A stretch of 64,000 bases of DNA from Nitrospirota bacterium. GTDB taxonomy: Bacteria > Nitrospirota > UBA9217. Location of the stretch: the NCBI GenBank assembly GCA_035516155.1, contig DATJAP010000001.1, positions 120,239-184,238 of the forward strand. The letters run 5' to 3'. The position numbers and the translations under genes are program-made. Position 1 is the first letter of the stretch; each line of letters starts with the position of its first letter. Of the stretch, positions 37,655 through 48,890 are shown piece after piece. The notes below the pieces were generated by a model, which did no database searches, was not told the DNA's origin, and saw only the letters and a list, made by a program, of their open reading frames with translations.

Positions 37655-38676
37655 ATGAACGATATATTACAATCAATGTTTGACTGTCTCTCACACAGCA
37701 ATGCGATTTATCTTCCGTCCAGGTTTTGGGAAGCGCTCAACGAAAAAAACATCCAACAGCTTGAGTCCAGCGGTCTGCAGAATTTTAAACAGACCGTTGC
37801 TCAAAACTATTTCACGTGGGTAGTTGGGCGTCGGGATAAACAGTTCCGTTACTTGGTACGGCATACAAGTCTTTGGGCGTGGCCTGCCGTTCTCAAGGAT
37901 TATTTCACATATGATCCTTCTGTTCCGCTCAATCGTAAACAGCAGCGAGAACTGATTATTTTTACGAGGATGTTGTGGAAGTTCGCCGAAAAAAATGATA
38001 CCGAACATCTTCTTGCGCACATTGATGAACCTCTGGAGGGCAATCCATTCAGGATACACCTGAATGGTAAGTTGATTTCTCAGGACTTGGCAAATTCAAT
38101 TTTGGAATATTACTCTATTCGCGAAAACTTTAAATCTCCCACTCATGATAAGGTTACTATTTGTGAACTCGGGGCAGGATATGGCAGAAACGCCTACGTT
38201 TATTTGAAAGCTTTTCCCCATTGCAAATACATCATCATTGATATACCGCCCGCATTATATATAGCACAACACTATCTCACCTCTGTTTTTCGAGATAAAA
38301 AGATATTCGTCTTTAGACCATTTGACCGCTTAAGCGATGTGGAATCAGAATTCAATGCGGCTGATATCGTGTTTCTTCTGCCACACCAGGCAGAAATGCT
38401 TCCTGCTAAAATTGTCGATCTTTTTATCAATATCTCGTCTCTTCACGAAATGAAGATAGACCAGATACATGCCTATTTTAAACTTATAGACAGACCAAAG
38501 GTTACTTCTATACGAAACAGTGGTGGGTGAGCCGTAATCCGGTTGATGGGATAACAATTACTCCTCAAGATTATCCTGTTCCGCAGAATTGGAGACAGCT
38601 CTCCCTTCGAGAAGCCAAAGTCCAGACCTATTTTTTTGAAGCTATGTATGCGATAGATCGGGAGGGCGGGCTATGA
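37655..38676 (+). pseudogene. putative sugar O-methyltransferase-like gene with a frameshift
   Basis: The N-terminal 280 codons (…ICELGAGYGRNAYVYL...IIIDIPPALY…) continue in the -1 frame from about 38485-38497 as KGYFYTKQWWVSRNPVDG...AMYAIDREGGL*. The shift lies at AGACAGACC. Confidence 0.65.
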
Positions 38677-39002
38677 GGGCAACTTGTCCTTTGTGCAAAT
38701 AAGATTCAGATTCACCTTTTCGTGCTTCAAATATTATCGGGAACGAAACAACCAGGAACCACAGATACACTGTCCATTCGAATTATTTGACCATGAACGG
38801 TAGCCACAAAAATAATGGGCGTGTCTCCGTTTGCTGTCTTTCGTGCCAGTCCCGCAGGCATTGTAATCGTCCCACGAGCCCCTCTCTTTATCAGAGGCAT
38901 TGACACCTCCGCATTCTTTTGTTACCCTGTATCGCGGCTAAAGTACCAGACAGACTGCGGGTGCATACGCATATGGCTATGCCGTCCGGGAATTTCAGAC
39001 CA

Positions 39003-39719
39003 ATGAGAAAGACGCCATTCATAGTTATCGCCGTCATCACCACGGTGTTTGCCGTCGGCTTGCCCCTCTTTCCGGCAGGCTTGGCTCCGGCAGAAGTGCA
39101 GGCCGGTTTGTCCCCGGTTAGGACATATGACGCGCCTGCGTTGCCTGAACCTCATCTCCACGGCGATGCGCTCCCGGCCAAGGGGAAATTTCTCGTTGCC
39201 AGCAGAACCGTCGCCGATCCCCGGTTCCAGGAGACCGTCGTCCTGCTCATCGATTACGGTGACACCGGCGCGAGCGGTCTCATCATCAACCGGCCCACGA
39301 AGGTGCCCCTCGCCGAACTGCTCCCGTCCGTGCAGGGCTTAAAAAAGCGGCATGACGTCCTGTATTACGGCGGACCCGTCGAGAATGAGCGTATGCTTAT
39401 GCTTATCCGGTCCAATGAAAAGCTGGAAGATGCGGACAAGGTGTTCGTAAACGTGTACGTCAGTATGAGCGGGAAGACGCTTGAGCGCATGATAGGCGCT
39501 CACAAGACGCAAAAGCAGCTTCGGGTGTATAGCGGATATGCAGGATGGTCTCCGGGGCAGATCGACAGAGAGGTATCGCGTGGAGACTGGTACATCGTCA
39601 ACGCAGATGCCGGCTCAATCTTCGAGAAGAAATCGTCAGAAATATGGCGTGAGCTCATTCGTCGAGCCTCTATCTTAGAAGTGCGGAGACACGGCAAAGT
39701 TGAAAGATCAAGTTCTTAA
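39003..39719 (+). CDS. YqgE/AlgH family protein (DUF179) with an N-terminal hydrophobic extension
   Basis: Family motifs are present: VVLLIDYGDTGASGLIINRP, YYGGPV and VYSGYAGWSPGQIDREVSRGDWY. The start at MRKTPFIVIAV gives a signal-like segment. Confidence 0.85.
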   Translation: MRKTPFIVIAVITTVFAVGLPLFPAGLAPAEVQAGLSPVRTYDAPALPEPHLHGDALPAKGKFLVASRTVADPRFQETVVLLIDYGDTGASGLIINRPTKVPLAELLPSVQGLKKRHDVLYYGGPVENERMLMLIRSNEKLEDADKVFVNVYVSMSGKTLERMIGAHKTQKQLRVYSGYAGWSPGQIDREVSRGDWYIVNADAGSIFEKKSSEIWRELIRRASILEVRRHGKVERSSS

Positions 39720-39897
39720 ATTGTGATGAAGAACGAAGTAGCAGAAAGTCCAGCAGGTGACCGCAGGATCTGCCGTATTCGGCATGAAGTGTCAAATCTC
39801 GGTTGATCACCTGTTTTCGCGATTTTTTCCTGACGTTGTAATAGTTTAAATGCGTTGCAACACTTCAACTTTCAATCCGAATTTGTTACGCCTAATT

Positions 39898-39927
39898 AAA
39901 AAACCGGAGGGATTTGCCTCCGGTTTT
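39898..39927. terminator. bidirectional rho-independent terminator
   Basis: AAAAAA-CCGGAGG-GATTTG-CCTCCGG-TTTT lies between the convergent yqgE-like and groEL genes. Confidence 0.75.
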
Positions 39928-39956
39928 CGTTATAACTTCCTCTCCGCAGCAAAATC

Positions 39957-41636
<1,680 letters not shown>

Positions 41637-41903
41637 TTATTTCAGGACCCCCAACACGTCCTCCTCTTTTACGATAAGGTAATCGACATCGTCGAGCCTG
41701 ATCTTTGATCCGGAATACTTGTCGAACAGGATCTTGTCTCCAACCTTCAGAGACTTTACCCCCTCGCCGATAGCCTCCACCTTGCCGCTTTGCGGCTTTT
41801 CTTTGGCGGTATCGGGGATATACAGGCCTCCCGCGGTCTTTTCCAGCTCTTCTGTATAGCTTACAAACACCCGCTCTTTCAACGGCTTGAACTTGATGCT
41901 CAT
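41637..41903 (-). CDS. groES: co-chaperonin GroES
   Basis: AAAGGAG SD before the ATG at 41903. The sequence MSIKFKPLKERVFV...GGLYIPDTAKEKPQSGKV is typical of GroES. Confidence 0.95.
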   Translation of the reverse strand: MSIKFKPLKERVFVSYTEELEKTAGGLYIPDTAKEKPQSGKVEAIGEGVKSLKVGDKILFDKYSGSKIRLDDVDYLIVKEEDVLGVLK

Positions 41904-42204
41904 CTGTTGCACTCCTTTCTGTTCGAACACCGGGATAATCGATCCGGGAACTCCTGTCGGAGTATGGGCCGGCGCCAATGAGCTCCCGGTCTGTTATGAC
42001 ATGGCCGCACATGGCGTTTTAGTGTGCATAACAGCGATCCGCCGTCGCATATATATAAGCAGTAGGATCGCTTCTTTTTCCCCACTCTTAGAGATCACCT
42101 TTTCGTAGTCTGGTATGTTTCGCACAGGCTGCTGGGCGATCTCCTGTCTCCTGTATCACATCGTTTATCACATGTTAATAATAAAAATCTTCGTACCTGT
42201 TTAT

Positions 42205-42705
42205 TTACTCCCCCTTCACGGATATTTTTTTCGTCGCAGCTACAGCCGCGGCGGTTTTCGGCAGTGTTACCGTAAGGACGCCTTTTTTGAAACTCGCGGA
42301 CACCTTATCCGTCTCGACCTGCCGGGGGAGCGGGATCGATCTCAGGAAAGAACCGTAAGAACGTTCGGAATAGTAGTAGTTCTTGTTTTTATCCTCTTTC
42401 TCCTCTTTTTTCTCTCCCCTGATCGTAAGCGTATCGCCGGCTATGGAAAGGTCAATGTCCTTGTCGGTCATGCCTGGCAGCTCCGCAGTCACGGTGAAGG
42501 CCTTGGCGTCCTCGGTCAGGTCCAGGCGCGGCATAAACGATCCTGTAAACTCAGGGAATGCCCCGAGTCCCCAGTTTTGGCTGAAGGAATCAAAAAGACG
42601 ATTCATTTCGCGCTGCATCATGGCAAAAGGATTTTCTTCTTCTCGTCGAACCTCGATGTTCTTCCTGCCGAAAGGAATGAGATTCTTGATGTCCATGACG
42701 TCCAC
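42205..42705 (-). CDS. Hsp20/alpha-crystallin small heat-shock protein
   Basis: GAAGGAGG SD. Alpha-crystallin domain (AELPGMTDKDIDLSI...GVLTVTLPK). Confidence 0.9.
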   Translation of the reverse strand: MDVMDIKNLIPFGRKNIEVRREEENPFAMMQREMNRLFDSFSQNWGLGAFPEFTGSFMPRLDLTEDAKAFTVTAELPGMTDKDIDLSIAGDTLTIRGEKKEEKEDKNKNYYYSERSYGSFLRSIPLPRQVETDKVSASFKKGVLTVTLPKTAAAVAATKKISVKGE

Positions 42706-42726
42706 CTCCTTCGTTTGCTTGCATTC

Positions 42727-43131
42727 CTACGCGGCCGTTACGGCGATCTTTCTGGTCTTCGCAGCAGGCGACTTTGGCAAAACGAGTCTCAAAACGCCGT
42801 TCTTGACCGATGCCTGAATGCGGTCCTTGTCCACCTCGTCCGAAAGGGTGAAGGCCCGCTCGTAGTCCCCAACCTCGTATTCTTGGTAGGCGAGGCGGTA
42901 TCCTGCGGGGATTTTCTGCTCCACCGTCCCCTTGATGGTGAGGACGTTTTTTTCAAGTGTTATATCAAGCGAATGCTCGTCTACCCCTGGCAGGTCGGCT
43001 GTCAAAACTGTGTCGTCCTTCCATTCTATGATATCCACATCAGGCTTGAAAACCCTGCGCGGCTTCGTGCGTTCCACTCCCTCGGGCACGCTTGCTTCCT
43101 TCTTCATCATTTCCCGATTTGTGTCCGTCAT
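42727..43131 (-). CDS. Hsp20/alpha-crystallin small heat-shock protein
   Basis: AAGGAGG SD. Alpha-crystallin domain (ADLPGVDEHSLDITL...GVLRLVLPK). Confidence 0.9.
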   Translation of the reverse strand: MTDTNREMMKKEASVPEGVERTKPRRVFKPDVDIIEWKDDTVLTADLPGVDEHSLDITLEKNVLTIKGTVEQKIPAGYRLAYQEYEVGDYERAFTLSDEVDKDRIQASVKNGVLRLVLPKSPAAKTRKIAVTAA

Positions 43132-43149
43132 TGGTGTGCCTCCTTATCT

Positions 43150-43578
43150 CTATTCAGCTTTAATGGCGATCTTCCGAGGCTTATCCGCCTCGGCTCGAGG
43201 CAGTGTGAGTTCCAGCATGCCCTTGCTGAATCTGGCTTCGACCTTGTCCTGGTCCACCAGATAGGGCAGTTCGATGGACCGTGTGAATGTCCCGCTCCAA
43301 CGCTCGCGCCGGTGCTGGCATTCACCCTTGCACGTGTCCTCAGTCGCCCGCCAACCCCGAAGGGTCACCGACTTACCCGTCACCGAGATGTCCACGTCCG
43401 TCAATTGGACGCCAGGCAACTCCGAGGTGATGATGGCCCGGTCCCCATCCATCCAGACATTGACCAGAGGAAATTCGCTCGTTGATGGAGCAAGCAATCC
43501 TGAGGTCGCGCGGTTCAAACGTTCGAACGCGCGCCAGGGGTCCTGAAGTCCGAATCTATCCAACTCCGTCCATAACAT
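43150..43578 (-). CDS. Hsp20/alpha-crystallin small heat-shock protein
   Basis: AAGGAGG lies 8 nt before the ATG at 43578. Alpha-crystallin domain (SELPGVQLTDVDISV...GMLELTLPR). Confidence 0.9.
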   Translation of the reverse strand: MLWTELDRFGLQDPWRAFERLNRATSGLLAPSTSEFPLVNVWMDGDRAIITSELPGVQLTDVDISVTGKSVTLRGWRATEDTCKGECQHRRERWSGTFTRSIELPYLVDQDKVEARFSKGMLELTLPRAEADKPRKIAIKAE

Positions 43579-43635
43579 CAAGGTTCCCTCCTTCATTTTT
43601 GATTTTTTCCTCCTTGGTACTGCTGATTCCGCTAG

Positions 43636-43662
43636 TTAGCACTCTCGGCCGTAGAGTGCTAG
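43636..43662 (-). promoter_or_regulatory. CIRCE element (HrcA operator)
   Basis: TTAGCACTC-N9-GAGTGCTAG, against the consensus TTAGCACTC-N9-GAGTGCTAA. It lies immediately downstream of the -10 box. Confidence 0.85.
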
Positions 43663-43667
43663 CTCGA

Positions 43668-43696
43668 TATTTACCAAAAAATAAAAAAGATGTCAA
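43668..43696 (-). promoter_or_regulatory. sigma70-type promoter (TTGACA-17 nt-TAAATA) for the hsp20 genes, possibly extending to groESL
   Basis: The -35 box is at 43691-43696 and the -10 box at 43668-43673 (minus strand). Confidence 0.6.
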
Positions 43697-44709
43697 GAGG
43701 GTTCCTGAATTTTTTACATTTTATGAAAAAGGCGCATAATATATTGATAATAATAGCTTTTTAATACGGGTTTATGTGAATTTTATAGCCTTTTTGCTCC
43801 TTGAAGACTCGCCTGCGAGCAGCAAGTCGCTCATACTGAAAGTGTCAGAGAACCTCGAAATAGCTTCACGTCGCATCGAGACCAATATCCGGGTAGGGCG
43901 GCTCTGAAGAAGGTCGACAGCGAGTTCCGCTCATCATTTTTCGTGCCTGTGTACGAGAATATGCAATAAGTTTTCTACTTATTGTTGATTCGTGATGTTC
44001 AGCCGGACTTCGTGAAGGACCTTTTTGCACAGCATGATGCATTACCAGGGAGAGTTCATGGGAAACAGGCTCACGATGTTGATGGAAAAAATAAATGAAC
44101 GGGAAAAGAACTCAGCCGCGAGATCCAGAAAAAAGAAGAGGCATACTACTAGAAAGATATTCGGCAAGAAAGTGACGTTCGAGGCGTTGATAAAACACGA
44201 ACAAAAAGCGCAACCGTCCCCCCTCAGCCGGTGGCCCCGGACGGTCACCATACCATGGGCATCTTATCGCTCACTATCAACTGGAAGAACCTGCTCCCAG
44301 GCATGAATATCATTCTGCTCCATTTTGCAACGCCTCGGAAAATGACGGGCAGCTTTGGTGTGTCTTCTCACAGTGGAAAGGATATCTGGCATTCCTGACT
44401 ATTGAAAATACTTCTGACCGGGGGTGATTGTGCGTGGAGACGAGATAGACATAATTTTTGAAGAGGTGTTGATGTGCAGTTGAAGCATACGGTGCGGACT
44501 CCTTCCTCTATCTCACAAAATTCTCATTCTTGGCAACTCATCAATATTCAATTTGAATTCGTTAGTGCATAGCCTTAAATCCATTCGAAAAAATTGACAA
44601 ATCTTAATATCTGTGCTTGTATTTAAGTAGTTTTCGATAAAGCCAAGCTCTTTTAAGAGGTGATAAAAAGGGTTAACCACACAATCTTCCATGGAAATTA
44701 GGAGGGCTA

Positions 44710-46005
44710 ATGTATAGCAAAATAGAATTCTTCCATGCCCTGCTTCAGAACTCCTTAGACATCATCACGCTTGTCAGCAGTGATGGAACTATACTCTATG
44801 AAAGCCCTTCAGTTGATCGCATACTTGGCTATGATCAGAGAGAATTAATCGGCAAGAACGTCTTCGAGATGATTCACCCTGAAGATCTCCAAAAGGTACG
44901 GACTGCCTTTCGCGAGGTAGTCAGTAACCGCGATTTAACACTGTCTGCTGATTTCCGCTTTCTGCATAAGGATGGATCATGGCGAGTACTCTATGCCACA
45001 GGAAGCAATCATCTTGACAACCCCTTGATCGACGGTATCGTGGTAAATTCCCGGGATATCACAGAGCGCAATCAGGTAGAAGAGAAGTTGCGCCAAAGTG
45101 AGGAACGATTCCGCAGAATCTTTGAGGACGGTCCCCTCGGCATGATTGTCATTGATCCGAGCTACCGGTTTCTCAAAGCCAACAAGTCATTTTGCGAGAT
45201 GCTGGGATATACTGAGCAGGAACTCGTCGGACGCAGCATTGAAGATCTTACCCACCCAGAGGAGAAAGAAGAAAGTCTAGAATTGTCACAGCGGGTTCTT
45301 CGGGGGGAAACACCTCTCTTCCACCTGGAGAAACGATACGTCAAGAAGGACCAGGAAAGTCTCTGGGTCAAGCTTACCGCAACCGCGATCCATGATCCGG
45401 AGGGAAAGGTCCTCTATGCCCTGGGAATGATAGAGGACATCAGTGAACGCAAAGTTGCCGATCGGGAGAGAGAACAGCTTATCTCCCAACTAACAGAAGC
45501 ACTCACCAAGATCAAGACATTGACGGGCTTGATTCCCATATGTGCCTGGTGTAAGAAGATCCGTGATGATAAAGGGTATTGGATAAGAGTCGAGACCTAT
45601 ATCAAGGAGCATTCTAACGCAACATTTACGCACTGCGTATGCCCAACCTGTTTGAAGAAGGAAGATCCCGCTACGTTCAGGGACATATTTGGACAGGGGG
45701 AAAAAGCACAAGTCTCCAAATCTAACAGAGAGAATAGGAACAGTGAACGGCTGAGGCTGAGGAAGCCTGTCAATTGCGCCTTTAAGATGGATTCCGGAGA
45801 ATCGGGGAAAGTGGTCATCAATGCCATCCTCGAGGAGATCGGCGATGCAGGAATATGCGTGAGAACAGATCATCTCCTGGAAGATGACACCCTGTTATTC
45901 TCAAGCAGCAGCGTCGAGGATAAGGTAGGGGTAGTGAGATGGAGAAAACCAGCCGCTCCCGAAGAGGGTGGCTACCGAGTCGGCATTCAATTTGTTCGGG
46001 ATTGA
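44710..46005 (+). CDS. PAS-PAS sensor with a Cys-rich ICAWCKKIR motif and a C-terminal PilZ-like domain
   Basis: GGAGGG SD. Two PAS domains. A coiled linker is followed by LIPICAWCKKIRDDKGYW...FTHCVCPTC. The C-terminal region has RLRLR (RxxxR) and EEIGDAG, a degenerate DxSxxG. Confidence 0.85.
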   Translation: MYSKIEFFHALLQNSLDIITLVSSDGTILYESPSVDRILGYDQRELIGKNVFEMIHPEDLQKVRTAFREVVSNRDLTLSADFRFLHKDGSWRVLYATGSNHLDNPLIDGIVVNSRDITERNQVEEKLRQSEERFRRIFEDGPLGMIVIDPSYRFLKANKSFCEMLGYTEQELVGRSIEDLTHPEEKEESLELSQRVLRGETPLFHLEKRYVKKDQESLWVKLTATAIHDPEGKVLYALGMIEDISERKVADREREQLISQLTEALTKIKTLTGLIPICAWCKKIRDDKGYWIRVETYIKEHSNATFTHCVCPTCLKKEDPATFRDIFGQGEKAQVSKSNRENRNSERLRLRKPVNCAFKMDSGESGKVVINAILEEIGDAGICVRTDHLLEDDTLLFSSSSVEDKVGVVRWRKPAAPEEGGYRVGIQFVRD

Positions 46006-46422
46006 CATCACTGCACCCGCGAGAACTGCCCATGTCGGGGAGCAATTTTCATTCACCCTTGTCACAATATTGACATTCCACGCTTGTGGTTAGGAAATAG
46101 ACATATTGTCTGACGAGGAGTAGAATTGCCGTCGAATCATGTGATGCGGACTTCTTCCTAGCGCAGTTGAGGTTTTCCATTCTTTGTAACTCATAATCTT
46201 TCAACCCGAAATCTGTAACGCCTACCCATACCGTCATTCGATGCCATTATTCAATCTTGACATATGTGTGATGTAGCGCTATCTTTTTAAATAATTCCTA
46301 CCCCTGCATCAGCTCTGAGGCAAAATGTCACAATCCAGTGCATTCGATCGCGGTTTAATCCCGATGCGTATCGGCATTCATCGCTCAACATATCAAGTTC
46401 AACAACAACGAGGAGGGCAATC

Positions 46423-47082
46423 ATGAAACATATCGCATATTCCTTCATTGTATCCCTGGCGGTCATGACGCTCCTGTACGCCGCAGTCCCTGCTGCGGAG
46501 GTGCTCAAGCCCAAGGTCCTGATGAAGCCGCAAATGGACGGCGGGAGACCGCTCATGCAGGTGCTGAGGGACAGGAGTTCTTCACGGTCATTCAGCAGCG
46601 AGGAGCTTCCGCCCCAGGTACTTTCCAATCTTCTCTGGGCGGCTTTCGGTGTCAACCGGCCCGGCTCGGGAGGGCGGACCGCTCCCTCGGCAAAAAACTC
46701 TCAGAATATCGACATCTATGTCGCCATGGCAGACGGCCTTTATCTCTATGATGCCCGATCCCAGGCGTTGGAGCCGGTCCTTGCGGAGGACGTCCGCGCA
46801 CTGACCGGCCGCCAGCCTTTCGTGAAAGATGCACCCCTAAACCTGATCTACGTCGCCGATCTTGCCCGTCTGACCGGATCGTCACAGGAGGAGAAGGATC
46901 TCTATTCTGCCGCTGATGCCGGTTTCATCAGCGAGAATGTCTATCTCTTCTGCGCTTCCGAAGGGCTTGCCACGGTTGTACGCGGGTCCGTTGACCGGCA
47001 GGCGCTGTCAACGGTCATGAAGTTGAGGCCCGATCAAAAAATCATTCTAGCGCAGACCGTCGGATACCCGAAGAAACCATGA
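46423..47082 (+). CDS. nitroreductase family protein with an N-terminal signal or anchor
   Basis: GAGGAGGG SD. The hydrophobic N-terminus is MKHIAYSFIVSLAVMTLLYAAVPAA. Nitroreductase motifs are present (RSSSRSF, NLLWAAFGVNR, RTAPSAKNSQ). Confidence 0.85.
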   Translation: MKHIAYSFIVSLAVMTLLYAAVPAAEVLKPKVLMKPQMDGGRPLMQVLRDRSSSRSFSSEELPPQVLSNLLWAAFGVNRPGSGGRTAPSAKNSQNIDIYVAMADGLYLYDARSQALEPVLAEDVRALTGRQPFVKDAPLNLIYVADLARLTGSSQEEKDLYSAADAGFISENVYLFCASEGLATVVRGSVDRQALSTVMKLRPDQKIILAQTVGYPKKP

Positions 47083-47205
47083 ACAGGATGTACTGGCTAC
47101 GATCCATTTGTCGTTGAGGGAGGAATCAGCATGCTGAAAATCGTGTATGGGTGAATGGAGTACGCTGAAAAGGGGTGAGCCTGTAAAAGTAACTGCGAGG
47201 TGGTT

Positions 47206-47994
47206 ATGGGGAAATTGGACGGGAAAGTGGCAGTCGTGACCGGCGGCGGCCGGGGAATGGGCAGGGCCATTGCCGAGGGATTCGTACAGGAAGGTTGCCG
47301 CGTGGTAGTGACCGCGGCTCGCGAGCGGGCGGAGATCGATTCCTTTGTCTCTGCCTGGGGACGGGAAAAAGCCCTTTCTCTTCTGGCGGATGTTACCGAG
47401 TCCCGCGCCTGTGAAGGCGTCATAAGCGAAACGATTTCCCGCTTCGGCCGTATTGACGTGCTCGTGAACAACGCCGGCCGGGGCATGAAATACGTTTCCC
47501 CGACCTTCATGACCGAGCCGACTCGCTTCTGGAAAACGGACCCCGAGACATGGAAAATGGTGATCGACACGAACGTGAACGGTCCCTTCTTCATGGCCCG
47601 CGCTGCTGTGCCGCATATGCTGCGCCAAAAAAGCGGGGCGATTATCAATGTGACCATGAACTACGAGACCATGAAACGCAGAGGGTTCTCGCCCTACGGC
47701 CCGTCGAAAGCAGCCCTTGAGTCCGAGACAATCATCTGGGCCCAGGATTTGGAAGGCACAGGCATAACCGTGAACGAGATCCTTCCCGGCGGTGCTACCG
47801 AAACCGGCATGATCCCAGCCGACTTTTCCGCCGATCTCCGCTCGCGCCTGCTCAAACCCGAAATCATCGTTCCCGTTGCCGTCTTTCTGGCATCCGATGA
47901 AGGACGGAGGATCGCGGGTCGGCGTCTTACCGCAACGGAATGGTCGCCCCAAAATGCCGATGGCGTCCCGGCTTCGAAAGGCATCGGCGCTTAG
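47206..47994 (+). CDS. SDR-family oxidoreductase
   Basis: TGGGRGMG cofactor motif, NNAG, and YxxxK (YGPSK). Confidence 0.9.
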   Translation: MGKLDGKVAVVTGGGRGMGRAIAEGFVQEGCRVVVTAARERAEIDSFVSAWGREKALSLLADVTESRACEGVISETISRFGRIDVLVNNAGRGMKYVSPTFMTEPTRFWKTDPETWKMVIDTNVNGPFFMARAAVPHMLRQKSGAIINVTMNYETMKRRGFSPYGPSKAALESETIIWAQDLEGTGITVNEILPGGATETGMIPADFSADLRSRLLKPEIIVPVAVFLASDEGRRIAGRRLTATEWSPQNADGVPASKGIGA

Positions 47995-48078
47995 CGGGCA
48001 GCACGTTTACTTCACATTAGATATCATTACTTGAGACGCAATCTGCTTGATTCCGCCGCCGAAAAGGAGGTCGCTCTC

Positions 48079-48825
48079 ATGGACAACGCATTGAAGACAA
48101 AGTTTATCGAGCTGTGGAGCCGATATTTCAACGAAACTGAGCTTCCTCTGACTTTTTATTACACTGATGAGACAGACGATGCTGAACTCGTTCCAGCCCC
48201 ATCAGCCCATATGTGCATGATCGGCGTGCTGGCCAGAGCAAGAAAAGGCGTCTCGCTCCGTTTTGAATCTGACTCGATCGGCTGCCGCGGGGGCAAGCGA
48301 TATTCCGGGTTTACAGATGAAATCAGCCCTCAATTCGAATATTTTCTCTCGTGTGGCATTCCCGGCAAGCTCGAAGGCGAGCGTTATAAGAAGACTCCGG
48401 AAATCGTGAGGGAAATGGTGAGGATCCAACCGAAGTTTGCGGCCCCGGCACGCGCAATCGTTTTCAAAAGATTCGACATGCTTGAGGAATCGGATAATCC
48501 GGACGTTGTCGTTTTTTTTGCGGCCCCCGATGTGCTTTCTGGCCTCTTTACTCTTGCAAACTACGACGAGAGTGAACCAAATGGAGTTTATTGTCCCTTT
48601 TCCGCCGGCTGTGGTTCAATTATTCAGTATCCCTACCTGGAAAAAACTTCGGACAGACCGCGAGCCATAATCGGAATGTTTGATGTATCGGCCAGGCCTT
48701 ATGTCCCCAAGGAAACACTCACCTTTGCTGTGCCAATAAATAAATTCATGCGCATGCTCGATAATATGGAAGAAAGCTTTCTCATCACGCGAAGCTGGGA
48801 AAAAGTGAGGAAAAGATTGAGTTGA
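48079..48825 (+). CDS. DUF169 domain protein
   Basis: AAAGGAGG SD 8 nt before the ATG at 48079. Size and motifs (LTFYYTDE, CMIGVLARARKG, GCRGGKRYSGF) are as I recall for DUF169. Confidence 0.7.
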   Translation: MDNALKTKFIELWSRYFNETELPLTFYYTDETDDAELVPAPSAHMCMIGVLARARKGVSLRFESDSIGCRGGKRYSGFTDEISPQFEYFLSCGIPGKLEGERYKKTPEIVREMVRIQPKFAAPARAIVFKRFDMLEESDNPDVVVFFAAPDVLSGLFTLANYDESEPNGVYCPFSAGCGSIIQYPYLEKTSDRPRAIIGMFDVSARPYVPKETLTFAVPINKFMRMLDNMEESFLITRSWEKVRKRLS

Positions 48826-48890
48826 TGGCCTCCTTGATAAACGCTGCCCACCATGACGACATGAGATCCCTTTTCAGAAAGGAGCAATGA

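Noticed and set aside
41904-42204. A CIRCE element or obvious promoter directly upstream of groES
   Set aside because: Only weak partial matches (TTAGTGTGC) are present, and there is no inverted GAGTGCTAA partner. It is reported only as absence within the heat-shock finding.
42115-43485. 456-aa plus-strand ORF, the longest ORF in this region
   Set aside because: It lies entirely antisense to the three hsp20 genes, which have strong SDs and clear alpha-crystallin domains. Its translation is Arg/Leu/His-rich with no domains.
47047-47952. 301-aa and 186-aa minus-strand ORFs
   Set aside because: They are antisense to the SDR gene, which has TGGGRGMG and YxxxK motifs. This is a typical shadow ORF of a GC-rich coding region.
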